From Naegleria gruberi (Eukaryota): a DNA stretch of 64,000 bases. Where the stretch lies: assembly GCA_000004985.1 (NCBI GenBank), contig GG738856.1; one strand, given 5' to 3'. Position 1 is the first letter of the stretch. Each line of letters begins with the position of its first letter. The notes beneath the pieces were generated by a model. That model was not told the origin of the DNA. It saw only the letters and a program-made list of their open reading frames with translations, and did no database searches. A program made the position numbers and the translations under genes. Shown piece after piece: positions 48,914-61,632 of this stretch.

Positions 48914-50268
48914 ATGGTGCACAAAACAGTGATAACCGAACAAAGTAAGTATCCAAATACACTACTGATATCAACAAGCCTTTTTCAGAATGGTTCAAAG
49001 ATTCGCCAACAGGTGGCCCTTGTGGAAGATATGGTCACAGATGTGTAGTATATGAAGATACAATGTATTTGAATGGAGGATATAATGGAAAGGAAAGAAT
49101 GAAAGATACATTTGCATATAATTTAGGTAAGTGAATCAAGCCTTCAAATTCTAATTGACTTGTAACAGAAAAGAAAGTATGGAGAGAAATTGAAAATAAG
49201 GGAGAAGTGCCTTCCGAAAGAGATTGTCATTCAGCAGTACTTTACAAACACTATATGGTTATATTTGGTGGAGGTGATGGTTTCAATTGGTTAAATGATA
49301 TGTACATGTTCGATATTAAGAACGAAGCATGGAAGAAGATTGAACCAAAAGGACAAGTACCAAGTGGAAGAGCTGGTCACTCTGCTAATGTTTACAAAGA
49401 TAAGATGTACGTATTTGGAGGATGGAATGGTAGAAGAACTTTGAATTGTCTCTATTGTTTCGATTTCCTCTCAGGATATTGGAGCAGAGTTGAAACAAGT
49501 GGTGTTCCTCCTCAAAGCAGAGACTCTCATACTTGTAATCTGGTTGGTGATAAGCTCATTGTTATTGGTGGTGGTGATGGTAAACAAAGACTCAATGATT
49601 TACACGAACATGATATCATTTCTGGTAAATGGAGAAGACTTTCATACATTGGTGAGGTGAATGCTGGTAGAGCTGGTCATGTGAGTGTAGTATTTGATGG
49701 TAAAATCTACATCTTTGCAGGTGGTGATGGTTCTAATTGGCTCACAGATGTCTATGAATGTGATACAACTTGTATGAAGTGGACTCTGATAGAAACAGCT
49801 GGTACTAATAATGAATCGAATATTGCCCCAGGTTGCTATGGTTTGTCTGCAGTTCTCTACAAGACAAGTATGGTAATCTTTGGCGGTGGTGATGGTAAAT
49901 CGTGGCACAATAAGATTTACGAATTCAAATTGGGTGATGATAAGAGAAAGAGAGAAACTAAGTCAAAGCTCTTCAATGAGGCTAGATATAACAAGCTGAC
50001 AGATATTTGCATTGTTTGTGGTGATGAAGTTTCATCCACAATAACAACTAGCTCAATGATGTCTGCCAAAGTTGATGACGCCTCATACTTCAAGCCAAAG
50101 AGAGCTCTCAAAGAACCATCTGTCTCCTCACTCCTTAGTACAAGTACAGTGACGAGGAGCTCGTTAGATATTGCTTCGATTATTAGAGAAAGCGATATTG
50201 GTTTTAGAGAATTCTTAGAATTTGAGAATGCTCTTATTCAAAACTCTAGAATGGAAGATGACAACTAA
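48914..50268 (+). CDS. Kelch-repeat (six-blade beta-propeller) protein with a C-terminal Ser/Thr-rich tail. Three exons, approximately join(48914..48944,48989..49126,49169..50268).
   Basis: Spliced N-terminus 'MVHKTVITEQKWFKDSPTGGPCGRYGHRCVVYEDTMYLNGGYNGKERMKDTFAYNL|E...'. Repeated 'G..P..R..HSA....DKMYVFGG' kelch units. Introns run GTAAGT...TTTTTCAG and GTAAGT...TGTAACAG. Confidence 0.7.
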
Positions 50269-51014
50269 TGTAAATAACAAACAACAATAACAACTGTATA
50301 ACCTTAATCGCCAAATACTAAGATCATTTGGTGATTATTTCGAGAGCTTTAAAATTTTCCCTTCAATAATAAAAGTGAAAATGTACATAATTTACGAGTT
50401 GTTTACTTGTATGGAATTTAATCAATTTGGAAGCAACTTGTGTTGATTGATAAATAACAAGTGTGCTCGTTTATCATGCATTGCCATATGCCAGTAGTAT
50501 TAGAAACAAATGAGAATAATAAATTTAATTAGGAACTCCACTTCATCCAAAATTACAATAACAATTCCATTATTCATAATAATCCCAAACCGCTTCTATG
50601 TGAAGGAAAGATGACAATTTTAATGGACTTCCACCAATTTCATTTTGTTAATGGCATTTCTGCTGATGAATAATGTCAAAATTGGAAGGATCATTAACTG
50701 TTAATGGGATTGTGAGCAGATATGTTTTTGATCTATTGAATATTCCATACTGTGCACTACTGTTACTTGATGATTCAAGCTCATGATGACTAGAGACTCA
50801 CTAATAAATTAATGGAAGAGTTTCCATACTGATTTCAAATCTCCAATAATTTAGAGATCATAATTCGGAAGATGATTACTCTTCCAAATAACCTTTGGTC
50901 TTTTGGTTAGTCTTGTGCATTTTCTTAAATAATCATCATATTAAATATTATAATTAAATATATTATTAATAAATTATTATACCAAATATCAACAAATAGC
51001 AACAAAATATTAGA

Positions 51015-51224
51015 TCAAGATTTGCCGATAATAATACTCACATCGATGAAACTCTCCAAATCAGCCAAATACAAATCCATAAATTTGACTTGTCTTTCCA
51101 AGTCTTTCGCAATTTCTGTGGCTAGTCTGGTAGGAATATCAACCAACAGTTCGCATCTCTTCTTCAGGTATTCAATTTCCGAAGAGGATGGATTTGTAGG
51201 ATTTAATGATGGATTTTCGCTCAT
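51015..51224 (-). CDS. Small hypothetical protein of 69 aa.
   Basis: Strong A-rich start context (aaaaaaaATG). Helical, charged sequence. No assignment possible. Confidence 0.3.
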   Translation of the reverse strand: MSENPSLNPTNPSSSEIEYLKKRCELLVDIPTRLATEIAKDLERQVKFMDLYLADLESFIDVSIIIGKS

Positions 51225-51285
51225 TTTTTTTAAATATTTTTATTATAATATTTTTTAAATATTTTAAATAGTTTACAAAGTAGTA

Positions 51286-52934
51286 TTATACACCAATGTA
51301 TTTCGCAATACTTTTTGGATTGGCTCCCATTTTCAATAGGTCATCCACAACTTGTTCGAGATTCCAAGGATTTTTCCTTTTAAAAGATTCTCTCTTAACA
51401 TGCTCTAAAGCATTTCTCTCCAAATGCAGAATCCAAGATTCACTGTCACAATTCAATGCATATTTGTACAATTCAAATATTTCCTCTCCATTAAATCGAC
51501 TTTTAAATAAAAAATCATCACATTGCTTTACAAGAGATGGCATTCCAAATAATTCACCCAAAGTGAGGAATTCTACAAAGTTTCCCTTATTCAACTCAAT
51601 TTTTTCACAATAGATAAAGTTTAGAATGAGAATGAGAGTTTCCTTTGGTAGAGATTGATATAATTCAATGATGGGAAGCTCTTTTCTTGCTTCTTGTTCT
51701 CTGAATTTGTTTCCCTCCTCAAATTGACAATTGATAATGACCTTGAAGAATTCACTTCTATCCATGATGAAATTCTTGTGGCAAGGAATGAATATTTCCT
51801 GCGGATTTTCAATTAAAGTAATGCCCATGTTACAGGTCACTCTAAAATTCAAGTTGAGTTGTGAAAATTGTAATGAAATACTAACCTTCTTATCTTGGTA
51901 AAAATGTCCATCTTTTCAAAAGGTTCAATTAATGGTAATATTGATAAATCGCTTGGTGATTGATTATTTACAAGAATGGGTTCTTTTTTCAAATAACCAA
52001 AAATAGTATTAAACAACTTTTCAATTTTGAATCTTAATGCCACACTAGCAAGGATTGACTGTTCTTCTAATTGTTGAGGAACATGTCCTGTATAGATCCA
52101 CGTCAAAATACTTTCAAATAGAGACTTTCCTAAGGGAACCTGTCCGAAATCAATGAATGTTAGATTAGTTTGAATGTATTCCTTTAAACCTTCCATATCT
52201 GTAGGAATACCTTCAATGTACTCATCAATTGGAGTGTTCATATTAAAAAGAGAGTAACTTTCTTTCAATTTCTGAACTTTCTGCTTTTCCTTCTTTACAA
52301 TACTGTACAATTGCTTTGGTGTTTCTTTTGGATATTTTTGTTTCATTTCATCTTCAATTTTCTTATTACTTTTCAAAGTAAGAAGATAATCTTCACATGA
52401 AAATATAGGAAAAACTCGTGTATCAATCTTATTCTTCACAAAATATACAATTTCAGGCCATTTTGCCAAAATAATCCACAAATGACACTTGTACTCAATT
52501 GGTGCTTGTTGATCTGCAAATTTCAATTTGAGAATCAAATCATAATCTTCATTATTTTGCGATTGATAAATAATTCTCTTCAAATATCGATCCAACAGTC
52601 CATTCAATGAATAATCATCCTTCTTTTTTGGTTTCGTATTTGCTTCCTCATTCGTCTTGTATGAATTATACAATTTGAGAGCATTTCTAACTTCCAATGA
52701 GAGACTATTCCACCAACATCGATGATATTTACAATCCCTAAGTCCCAAAGCACTTAAATAATGAACAATATCCAATGATCCACAAACACATGCATAATAC
52801 AAGAGTGAATTTCCATGAAAATCAATTACGTTTTGCTTGACTCGTCCAGAAAGAATTAAATTTCGAAGTTCTCCCAATTTACCAGTTTTACAGAGAGAAA
52901 TGGCAGTGTCCAGGTCTGGATCTTTGTTTTCCAT
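51286..52934 (-). CDS. Ankyrin-repeat plus BTB/POZ domain protein. Two exons, approximately complement(join(51286..51841,51886..52934)), about 535 aa.
   Basis: Ankyrin repeats 'GKLGELRNLILSGRVKQNVIDFHGNSLLYYACVCGSLDIVHYLSALG'. BTB-like exon 2 'VTCNMGITLIENPQEIFIPCHKNFIMDRSEFFKVIINCQFEEG...'. The intron is 44 nt, GTTAGT...TTTTAG. Confidence 0.65.
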
Positions 52935-53457
52935 TTTTTTTCTAATTTTTTAAAAATTTAAAATTTCTCTCTCTAGCTCAAATCAAATTCTAGATTGAAA
53001 ATCAATTTCAAATTGTTCATATGAATTGGATAAATCCTCCCTCTGTGTTGTAAAGTTAATTTTTGGAAATATTTCATCTAGAGTATTTAAATTATTGTTA
53101 TTGGAATTCTTACAAGCAAAATTGTTGAATGAGAGAGAAACTTTACAAAACATAGGGAGGACCACAATTCATTCGCGCGTTCCATTTCGAGCAATAAATA
53201 TAAAATAATAAGCAACAGATATCAAACTTACTATCCGGAACAGCAAATTTCATTCCACACATTTCTAATATTTTCCTTTTGAGGAACACTTCTAGGACGG
53301 ATGATAGACTAATACGAAAGAAAAATAATATCCAACAACAAGCAGAAAAACTTGAAGCGAGCTTTCAATTACCCGTAGAGCAACTTTCTCGAATATTGTT
53401 GGCGTTTTCGAATAGCAAACAATTCGACAAGGCGAAACAAAGAGCAGTTCTAAAAAA

Positions 53458-56400
53458 ATGCAGACATTACCTAATACCCAATACAAAACATGTCAGAGAG
53501 CATGTTTAGTCATGTTTATAATGCTATTCATATTATCTGCATGTATTGTCGAATGCTTTCTAACAGTAAACATTACTTATTCGATTTCCACACTTGTTGG
53601 AAATGATGATAATAGCAAAACAATGGACGGATTGCCAGGTGTTGGCACTTTTGTAGATGGACCTACTGGATTATTCTGGCAAAATGGAATCTTGTTCTAT
53701 GCAGGTAAGTTTCTTGTTGCATGTTGTGTGAAAAATTAAATTGAAATCGAATAGAAAGAAAACACATTAGAAAGTTGGAGAATGGAACAGTAACTACACT
53801 GGCAAGTGGTTTGTCTACACCAAATGGATTATTTGCTCTTAATAACACTATTTACTTTGCCGAAACTTCAGCTAATAGAATTAAGAGAATCAACAGTGAT
53901 TTGACAATTGACATTGTGAGTGCAAACAATACTTCAGGAGGATATAATGGTGATGGCATGCTTTTTAACGCAACATTCTTTGATCAACCAGTCAGTTTAT
54001 GTATTGGTAGTGAAAATATAATTTACATTACTGATTCGAATAATTACAGAATTAGAAAGGTAGATACAGATGGAAAGGTTAAAACAATTGTTGGTGCAGG
54101 ACTGAATGGTTTTAATGGTGATGGTCTCGGTGTTGCCACATACATAACGTAAGTTTTCACATGCACTTTTCATTGTTAACTTTCGAATAGTTGGGCAACT
54201 TCTATTAAATACTGGACGAATGGCTTGAAATCACTATTATACTTTGTACAGTTGAATGAAGGAACCATCAGAACACTAGATCTGAGCACTAACTTGATTA
54301 CAACCATTGCTGGAATTAGGGCAGCTGGAACTTTTGATGGAGATGGAAAATCAGCTTTACAAACTTCATTCTTTCGAATGACTGATGTTACAATATCAAA
54401 AAAGAATGGAAATATTTATGTTACTGATAAGAGCAATCAAAGGATTCGTAAAATTAGCAGTTCTACCAATTTGGTTTCGACAATTGCAGGAAATGGATCC
54501 ATTGGATTTGTTGACTCAATGTCAAATGCCATCAATGCTTCATTGTTTAATCCAATGTATTTAGTTTTGACTGATAATGATGAAATAATCTTCTCAGAGT
54601 TTGGAAATAATAGAATTAGAAAATTAACTCCAACCTGTCCAGAAGGTTACATGTTAGATCTTTACAATGACACTTGTAAAATGTCTTGTTATGGAAAGGC
54701 GTATAATGATCCCAATGTTTGTAGTTCAAGAGGCATTTGTGGTTCTCCTGATAATTGTATTTGCTCTGGTGATTATTTTGGACTGGAATGTGGATCTCAA
54801 TGTGATGCTTTTTCACTGCCAACTGTCAGGTCTGGATCTAAATGTTTGCCATTTTGTTACTCATTGATGGGAAAGGTAGATTTGATATTATCAAGAGCTA
54901 AAGCTATGGTCAATTCAAATGTTACTCTACATGCGAGTATCAATGATAATTGCCTTTCAGAAGTCAAGCAATTTTTGAATATTTCTTACATGATTACAAA
55001 ACCAGATAATAGTACAGACACAATTAGTACCAACGATATGATGATCATCTTGAGTATGAATCAAATAGGCGTCTATACTGCTTCGGTTAAAATCGAATTG
55101 AATTCAACCATCATTTTCATTTCGAATAACTCAATTTCAGTAACTTGTAAAACAAAGGAAGATTATCTTTCAGGTGACTTGACCAAGATTCCAGTTGATG
55201 AACTAATTGATTTAGCTAACTCCCCAGATACTTATCAACAAATTGGAAACTTGACTGTTCAGTCAATTATGAAATCACTTGCTTCATCACTTTCTACTCA
55301 AATTAACCAGCAATTAGATTTACCTTCTCTTGCCAAGTTGACCAATGCGTTAGTTACTGTTTCTACAAAAAAAACATATATTTCAGAGGATGTTATTGTT
55401 GACTTGAATAATGCAATGTATAATGTTTCATTCTCAGTTGACAAGTTTAGTTCTAATTCGTCTAATTTCCAAGTTTTAGAGAGAATTGTGACCTCAATAG
55501 TTGAAGGTTTCACCAATTGTTATTCAACATCAAACCAAACATCACCTTCAACTGTCAACAATTTGCTCAATCGAGTTGTTTCTATGGTTTCCAAAACATC
55601 CAACAAGTCAGACGATGAATTTACAACAAAATCATCAGAATTTACAATTAATGTGAAAAGAAACATTTTAACTCAATTTTTCAATTCCACACACGTCAAC
55701 TTGTACTCACCAAAGAATCTAAGAGATTCCACTATTTCAGTTGCAACCATTTCATTCACAAATCCTCTCAAAATGGTCAACTCATCAAAGGATGCAGAAA
55801 ATATTTTAACATCAATTCCAATTACAGAGCAACTCTTCAATCAGTCGAATGTAAATATTAGTTTCAGTATTTCACCAATTGTTGAAATTCACTATCTCAA
55901 AAATGGTCAAGTAATCAAGCTGGTCAACCTTGCCGATCCAATTATCTTCCAATTTATCACTCAAAATATTTCAACACTTAACATGACTAACTACAAGGTG
56001 AAATGTATGTATCTACATGAGGAAACAAACAAATGGTTGTCAGATGGCTGTCAATCTTCATTTGATTCAATGTCATCAGTTGTGACCTGCTCTTGCAATC
56101 ACACGACTAAATTTTCAAGTTTCGTAATGAGAGAAACTAATCTCACCTTATACTCTGAACATCAATTAGAAACTGATATTTCCTTAGCAGTTTCTGGAAT
56201 AACAGTCTCGTCAATATTCATCTTATGGATTATATTGATTATTATTGGCTTAATCTTTACAAGAAATACGAATCCAAGAAAGTCAAGATGGATTATTCCT
56301 TATCTTTGCCTTACTTCACTCTTAATTGACCTCAGTTTCTCAGATATTGTTTCGAATGCCCTCTTCCTCTCCAAGGAAATCAAATCTTCCGATATTATCA

Positions 56401-57533
56401 GATCAGTTTCTGTTATAGTGACATCAGTTTTCTACATTCTGGCCATTTTCAATTATCTCATTCTCCATTTGAGATATATCCTATTCAGATACACATACGA
56501 AATTATGTTTTCTATTGCAGTCAAGAATGAACAGCAAAAGATTGGTAAATGGATCAAAATTGTAAATAGCAAAGTGGCAGTTTTTGTGGTCAACTTGATT
56601 GGAGCTGTTGTCATTGTGATTTACTTTGTAATTTTCACTGCTTTGGTTAATACTGGATATATTCAAAAAGAATACTCAAAGATAATGTCAGCATCTTTCT
56701 TTGTGGTGGTTTCTTTAATTTATTTAATACTTTTAATGCTTGCCATATTTGATTTCTATATGGAAAATAGACATGTCAGTAAGGAGGAGAAATCGACAAG
56801 TGACAAGAAGAAGATTAGCTTATTTTTGGATATCTACAAGTTTATATTTGTGAATGATGTGTTGGTATTCAGAAAGGAGTTGATTTTTTCATTCATTTCG
56901 TATTTATTCTTTGTTTTGAACTTTGCTTTGGGTTTCTCCTCATTGGATAATCCGACTGTGACTTCATTTGCTGAGGCATCCTATGCATTTGGTGTTGTAT
57001 ACGAGTTCTTTAACATTCTGGCGTTTGGAGGTTTCGTATTCCTTGTGAATTTTTGCTCAATTAATTGGAAACGTAGAAACTATTCTAATCAAGATGATGA
57101 GAATGAAAATAGAGAACTAGATATTGTACTTTCCAATCCACAACTTTTGAAAATATTTGAAGAATATTGCATGAGAGAATTTTCTTTGGAAAATATTTTG
57201 ATTTTCAAGAAACTTGAATCTTTACAAAAAAGTGAACTTTCACCAATTGACAACGAGTCACTTTTTGAAGAAATGAAAAAGGATTACTTTATTAATGGAG
57301 CAGAATTTGAAGTCAACCTTTCCTCCTCCATGAAAAAGCAATTTATTCAACTTTGTTCCGATCTGAAACATGTAGAAAGGACTCAAGTGGATGAAATATT
57401 GGAACGTTTGAGGGATGACATTTATATGAACTTGAGTGATACATTTTCTAGATTTATTTTCACCAACGAATATGCATCTATTAATGAGTGTATAGAATTG
57501 AAAGAAAAAACAGGCCAGTCCTTTACAAAATAA
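53458..57533 (+). CDS. Adhesion-GPCR-like receptor fused to an RGS domain: signal peptide, NHL repeats, EGF-like Cys module, Ser/Asn-rich stalk, GPS-like motif, 7TM and a C-terminal RGS domain. Three exons, approximately join(53458..53704,53755..54148,54191..57533).
   Basis: NHL repeats 'NNYRIRKVDTDGKVKTIVGAGLNGFNGDG' and 'SNQRIRKISSSTNLVSTIAGNGS'. EGF-like 'CPEGYMLDLYNDTCKMSCYGKAYNDPNVCSSRGICGSPDNCICSGDYFGLEC'. GPS-like 'CMYLHEETNKWLSDGCQSSFDSMSSVVTCSCNHTTKFSSFVM'. Seven hydrophobic helices between about 56.18 and 57.05 kb. RGS 'LLKIFEEYCMREFSLENILIFKKLESLQ...EVNL...'. The exons were joined across GTAAGT introns with 'cgaatag' acceptors, with frames checked. Confidence 0.75.
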
Positions 57534-57648
57534 ATCAATTTACAAATTATCACGTGAATTAAGTGCTGTCTGTGTCTTTGTAATTTTATGATAAAAATTC
57601 CAGATATCCAAACTCCAAATCATCAGTACTAAAGTACAATCTGCAATT

Positions 57649-57975
57649 TTACTTTCTTGACTTGGAAGAAAATTCATCATAAATTACATCAAGTTCAATT
57701 TCAGAAGAATCCTTAAAAACAATCTTTTGAACTCGACCTTGATGAATGAGCTTTTCAATGGGTTTCTCAATAATTTGTATTCCATTTTTAACATGCACTA
57801 AATGTTGTTGCTCTGGAGTGAGAGTACAAGGGCCATCAGTCAGCAATATTAAAGCCTTTGCCCAATTACTGATCATTACACATAAATCAAAGGTCTTTTC
57901 ACTATTCGAAATGGGGGCTGTTTTTTTTTCAACCCATTGAAATGCAAACCTTGAAATCCATTGAAATCCATTCAT
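57649..57975 (-). CDS. Hypothetical small protein of 108 aa.
   Basis: ORF with ordinary codon usage. No domain recognised. It may have an upstream exon. Confidence 0.3.
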   Translation of the reverse strand: MNGFQWISRFAFQWVEKKTAPISNSEKTFDLCVMISNWAKALILLTDGPCTLTPEQQHLVHVKNGIQIIEKPIEKLIHQGRVQKIVFKDSSEIELDVIYDEFSSKSRK

Positions 57976-58013
57976 ATTCTTAGAATTACTCGTTATCTCT
58001 CCTCATCATCTCT

Positions 58014-58783
58014 ATGTTTTTTACATTTATTTTATTTTTAAAAAAAATGTCTCTATTCCTTAATGAAAAACCATCAAAGAAGACTTTCCTCAATCCCGAG
58101 GTGTTTGAAGTGTTGGTACATTATTCGGAGAGTTGTGATGAGATTATTGGGATGTTTGAAGAGATTTTGAATGATTTGGATCCGAATTGCTTTATGAGAA
58201 AATTGAATTGGTATAAGAGTGTGGTGGAGAAGGAGACCATGTTGAATGGAGTAATTGATTATAGGATGGGATTTGACTGTTGCTATGGAAATGTTTGTGT
58301 TTTTCATTATAAGAGAAGAGAAAGATATTGTAGAGTATTTGAGGAACCATTTGGGAGGGAAGAAATTATGGAATGGTTCAAGTCGATTGAGGAAGGATCA
58401 GCTCAAAAACTTGAGATTAGTGAGGAACCATATGTAAATAATGAGCAAATGATTGTATACAAGAATTTTAAAGAAAAGATTTCTATTCCTGATAAGGATG
58501 TTTTTGTCATTCTTACTCAAGGTTAGTACAAAATATTAATACTAATTATATCATCGAATTTAGAACATAGTTTTTCGAAAAAGAAAGTCACCAAGCTCTT
58601 AGAAATGCTTAAAGATGACAATAATTTGATATGCTATCAAATGTGGAGACTTATTNGAAAAGAGTGTTGGTGCTAACCCAGAAAAGTTGAAAGGTTTGGT
58701 TTTTTCTCTGAGAGAATACAAATTGGACTGATTTCTCCTCTTTACTCTACCACAGGATTTCATATTCTAACAAACGATGAATA
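58014..58783 (+). CDS. Hypothetical protein, two exons. Exon 1 is 58014..about 58523 and the terminal exon ends '...FSERIQIGLISPLYSTTGFHILTNDE*' at 58783.
   Basis: A GTTAGT donor follows 'VILTQG'. The terminal-exon frame is confirmed by the duplicated copy, which the track reports as 63138..63386. A single 'n' lies at 58657. Confidence 0.4.
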
Positions 58784-59363
58784 AACAACTGATTTTTAAG
58801 CTTTTTGATGGGCATTTTACAATTAATCTTATAGGCAAATCATAAAATCACAGCATTTATCTCACTTTATTAAGCAAAAATTCCAAAATTTCAAAATTGT
58901 GAATTTTCTTCTAGTTGTAAAAAATTGAGTCGTCTTTGCTTATTTACGCTTGTAAACATCAACTCTCTTATTGTGTTTTCTATTCTTTCTATTCTTTCTG
59001 TGTTTTCTACCATGTTTTCTATTCTTTCTATGCTTCTTTCCATAAGTGTCGATTCTTCTCTTCTTATTGAATCTTCTCTTCTTTCCATAGACGTCAATCT
59101 TCTTTCTGATAATTCTCTTCTTACCATGTCTCTTCAAACCTCTTCTCTTTCTTCCGTAGGTATCCAAATATTTGTGAACTTTCTTATTGTTTCTTCTCTT
59201 CTTGTGGGAAACCTTCTTGAGTCTTCTTTGTTTGTTGTTCTTCTTGGCAATGTACAAGGACATGGTTTGTTCCTCTGCATTAACGTCAGAAGTCATGGAA
59301 AGAGCAAGAACTGCCAAAGTTAAGGCAATCAATAGAATTGAAATGAATCTTTTCATTTTGTTT
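58702..59363. repeat. Copy A of a duplicated block of at least 662 bp (about 99.8% identical to 63304..63965, offset 4602 bp).
   Basis: Direct comparison of the two stretches. The only difference I saw is a synonymous A/G at about 58772 against 63374 ('ctaacaaacg' against 'ctaacgaacg'). Both copies abut N positions. Confidence 0.8.
58940..59356 (-). CDS. Secreted, extremely basic Lys/Arg-rich repeat protein of 138 aa, copy 1.
   Basis: Signal peptide 'MKRFISILLIALTLAVLALSMTSDVNA'. The mature part is about 45% K+R with four repeats of 'D[TV]YG(K/R)KRR...'. This is an ATG-initiated subset of track ORF 58940..59389. Confidence 0.55.
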   Translation of the reverse strand: MKRFISILLIALTLAVLALSMTSDVNAEEQTMSLYIAKKNNKQRRLKKVSHKKRRNNKKVHKYLDTYGRKRRGLKRHGKKRIIRKKIDVYGKKRRFNKKRRIDTYGKKHRKNRKHGRKHRKNRKNRKHNKRVDVYKRK

Positions 59364-59781
59364 TTTTTTGTTGAGTGAGTTTGAAACAATGTTTAGTTTG
59401 AATTTATTGGTTTCGAATAGTGAATAGTAATTTAGTTCTTGTATTTATAAGGAGAGAAATCAGACGAGTTTGTTTACTTGTTTGGATTCTGTTGGATATT
59501 TAGATAGGTATTTATATGGATTTTGTTCAGAGTTTCGAATAAAAACAGAACATTCGCATAGAACTTCTCAACTCTGGACAATCCACCTTGTAATTTTCAA
59601 GATTGTTTCCAATGACCATTAAGAAGAATCCTCTTAATAACAATTTAAGAAAATAATAAGGCTGTTACCCACAAGTATTCTTTTTGTGGTTTTACAAAAG
59701 TTGTAAAGTTCAAGTTCCAGATTGAGGCTAAAAATATTCCAAAAAAAAAAAGTTCCAACTGCCAAACCGCACATAACAATC

Positions 59782-60726
59782 ATGTCCTCATCATCACTTA
59801 GATTACACTGCTTTAGAAACGGAGACTGGGAAAGAAGAGATGGTTTCATTCTCCTCATTGAAAAATCATTAAATAATTCATTGATGGAAAATTTGAAGAA
59901 TAGAGCAAGTAGGATATTGTTTCCCTTCTTGTTTGAGAATGTAAATAACGAGTCTGAATGTTTATCTGTTGAATACTTGCCGAAAATTAGAATATTTTCA
60001 AAATATGGATCCGAAATTAAGAAAGAGGAAGAATTGAGAGATGATGATGTCTTGTTCCTTTCATGTTTTAATGAGGATTTTATAAATTCTATTGCCAAGA
60101 TGAATTATCAAATCAAACAGCTAAGTGGATTGGAAAGCAATTTGAAGAGACAAACTACTCCTTGTTGTGGGGAAACTCAAACTGGAATGATTACTTCTTG
60201 TTTGGGATTCTCTGTTACAATTAATAGTTTATCAACAAAGAAGGAAGTTACATTGGATAATTTGAATGGTAGTTTGACCATTGATGAGATTAAGAGGATG
60301 TTATTAAATAGTGGCACCAACAAGGAACGATTATTGGGAAAGAGTGATTATCCACTCAAATTCACTGAAGATTTCATTCTAGTTCACAAAGGGAAGGAAC
60401 TTAAAGATAATGATGAAGTTGAGAAGCTCTTCTCTCAAAATCCTAATCCAACCAAACTAACTGTGTTCATGGTGTTGAAGAAACCTGTGTATTATGTAAA
60501 GATTGTCATGGAAGGAGGAAGAATGGTAATTATTGACAATGATTCCATTAATTTCACATCTCATGTTTCTGATTTAAAATATTATATGGAAAAACGTTTG
60601 AGAATGAATCTCAATGCCAGCAATAAGGAATTGATATTAATGTGGAATCAAGAAAAGATGATGGGCTCTGAATGTTTAGGAAATGCCTTCCCTTCAAAGT
60701 CAACTCTAAGCTTGACATTTATTTAA
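59782..60726 (+). CDS. Hypothetical protein of about 314 aa.
   Basis: Start 'MSSSSLRLHCF' with poly-A context. No recognisable domain. The C-terminal segments are beta-grasp-like ('KLTVFMVLKKP'). Confidence 0.4.
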   Translation: MSSSSLRLHCFRNGDWERRDGFILLIEKSLNNSLMENLKNRASRILFPFLFENVNNESECLSVEYLPKIRIFSKYGSEIKKEEELRDDDVLFLSCFNEDFINSIAKMNYQIKQLSGLESNLKRQTTPCCGETQTGMITSCLGFSVTINSLSTKKEVTLDNLNGSLTIDEIKRMLLNSGTNKERLLGKSDYPLKFTEDFILVHKGKELKDNDEVEKLFSQNPNPTKLTVFMVLKKPVYYVKIVMEGGRMVIIDNDSINFTSHVSDLKYYMEKRLRMNLNASNKELILMWNQEKMMGSECLGNAFPSKSTLSLTFI

Positions 60727-61632
60727 ACAACATTCTCATATTTACTTTCTAATAATGTGTATCGTACACTCCCTACAAATGCTGTATCAGAAAATCTTCT
60801 ACCTTCCTGTAACTCCTTTCCAGCAAAAATAAATCGAAATTTATCCCATGATTCTCCCAATTTACTTTCCAATAATTGTTTCATTTCCTTAATAAAATAA
60901 TAATAGCCATATTGATATGTGTAAACAGCTGTAGAGTTATCGTGGTTCCAAACTTGTGTGAAAGGAGATGCTTAAAAATAAGTCAAGTCCATCAACAAGA
61001 TCAATTTTGAAATTTCCTTCTCCAGTTCTCTTTTCAATATTCTGGGCTTGATTTGATTAATGTGTATTCTTATAGAATTCAACTTGGTAATTTTACTCAA
61101 ATCTAAATCCTTAATTCTCTTGCACTTTACAACTGAAATACTCTCCAAACATTTCAAATTTTCACAAATTTTCTATTCACTCTGTTTCAAAAAGTACCAT
61201 CCATCGAGATTTAACTTTCTCACATTAGAAAATCAACTTGACAAATCGACCTGATAATTACCAAAGTACAAGCATAATTTAGAGAGAATGATCGTTCTCT
61301 GATTTGATGTGTGACACCAACCTTCTAATAATATTTTTTAAAATAATTGGTTGGATTCAACATCTTGCATTGTAATTTCTTCTGATTTCAATTTTCCACA
61401 TTTTCTGACCCATTCATTTACCTTTTCAATATTCAAAAATCCATAAATAATGGAACAGCAGGTATGAAAGTTCCCCAGTCTAAATGATGGTTAATGATTC
61501 AGCCTATTCAGGTGACATTCCGTTTCCGCAAGCATCCACACATGGGACCAGAAAAACAAGTAATCAAATTATCTCCAAGATAACAAAGTAAAAATTTACG
61601 ATAATTTTCACTCTTGTTGATTCGGCCTTGGT

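Noticed and set aside
53748-54190. The recurrent '(t)tcgaatag' sequence at two acceptor sites of the GPCR-RGS gene, and apparent enrichment of 'ttcgaa' across the window, as a possible splice or regulatory motif.
   Set aside because: A rough expectation for this palindromic 6-mer at the observed base composition is about 20 occurrences in 64 kb, which matches what I counted. Two acceptor occurrences are not enough to call a motif.
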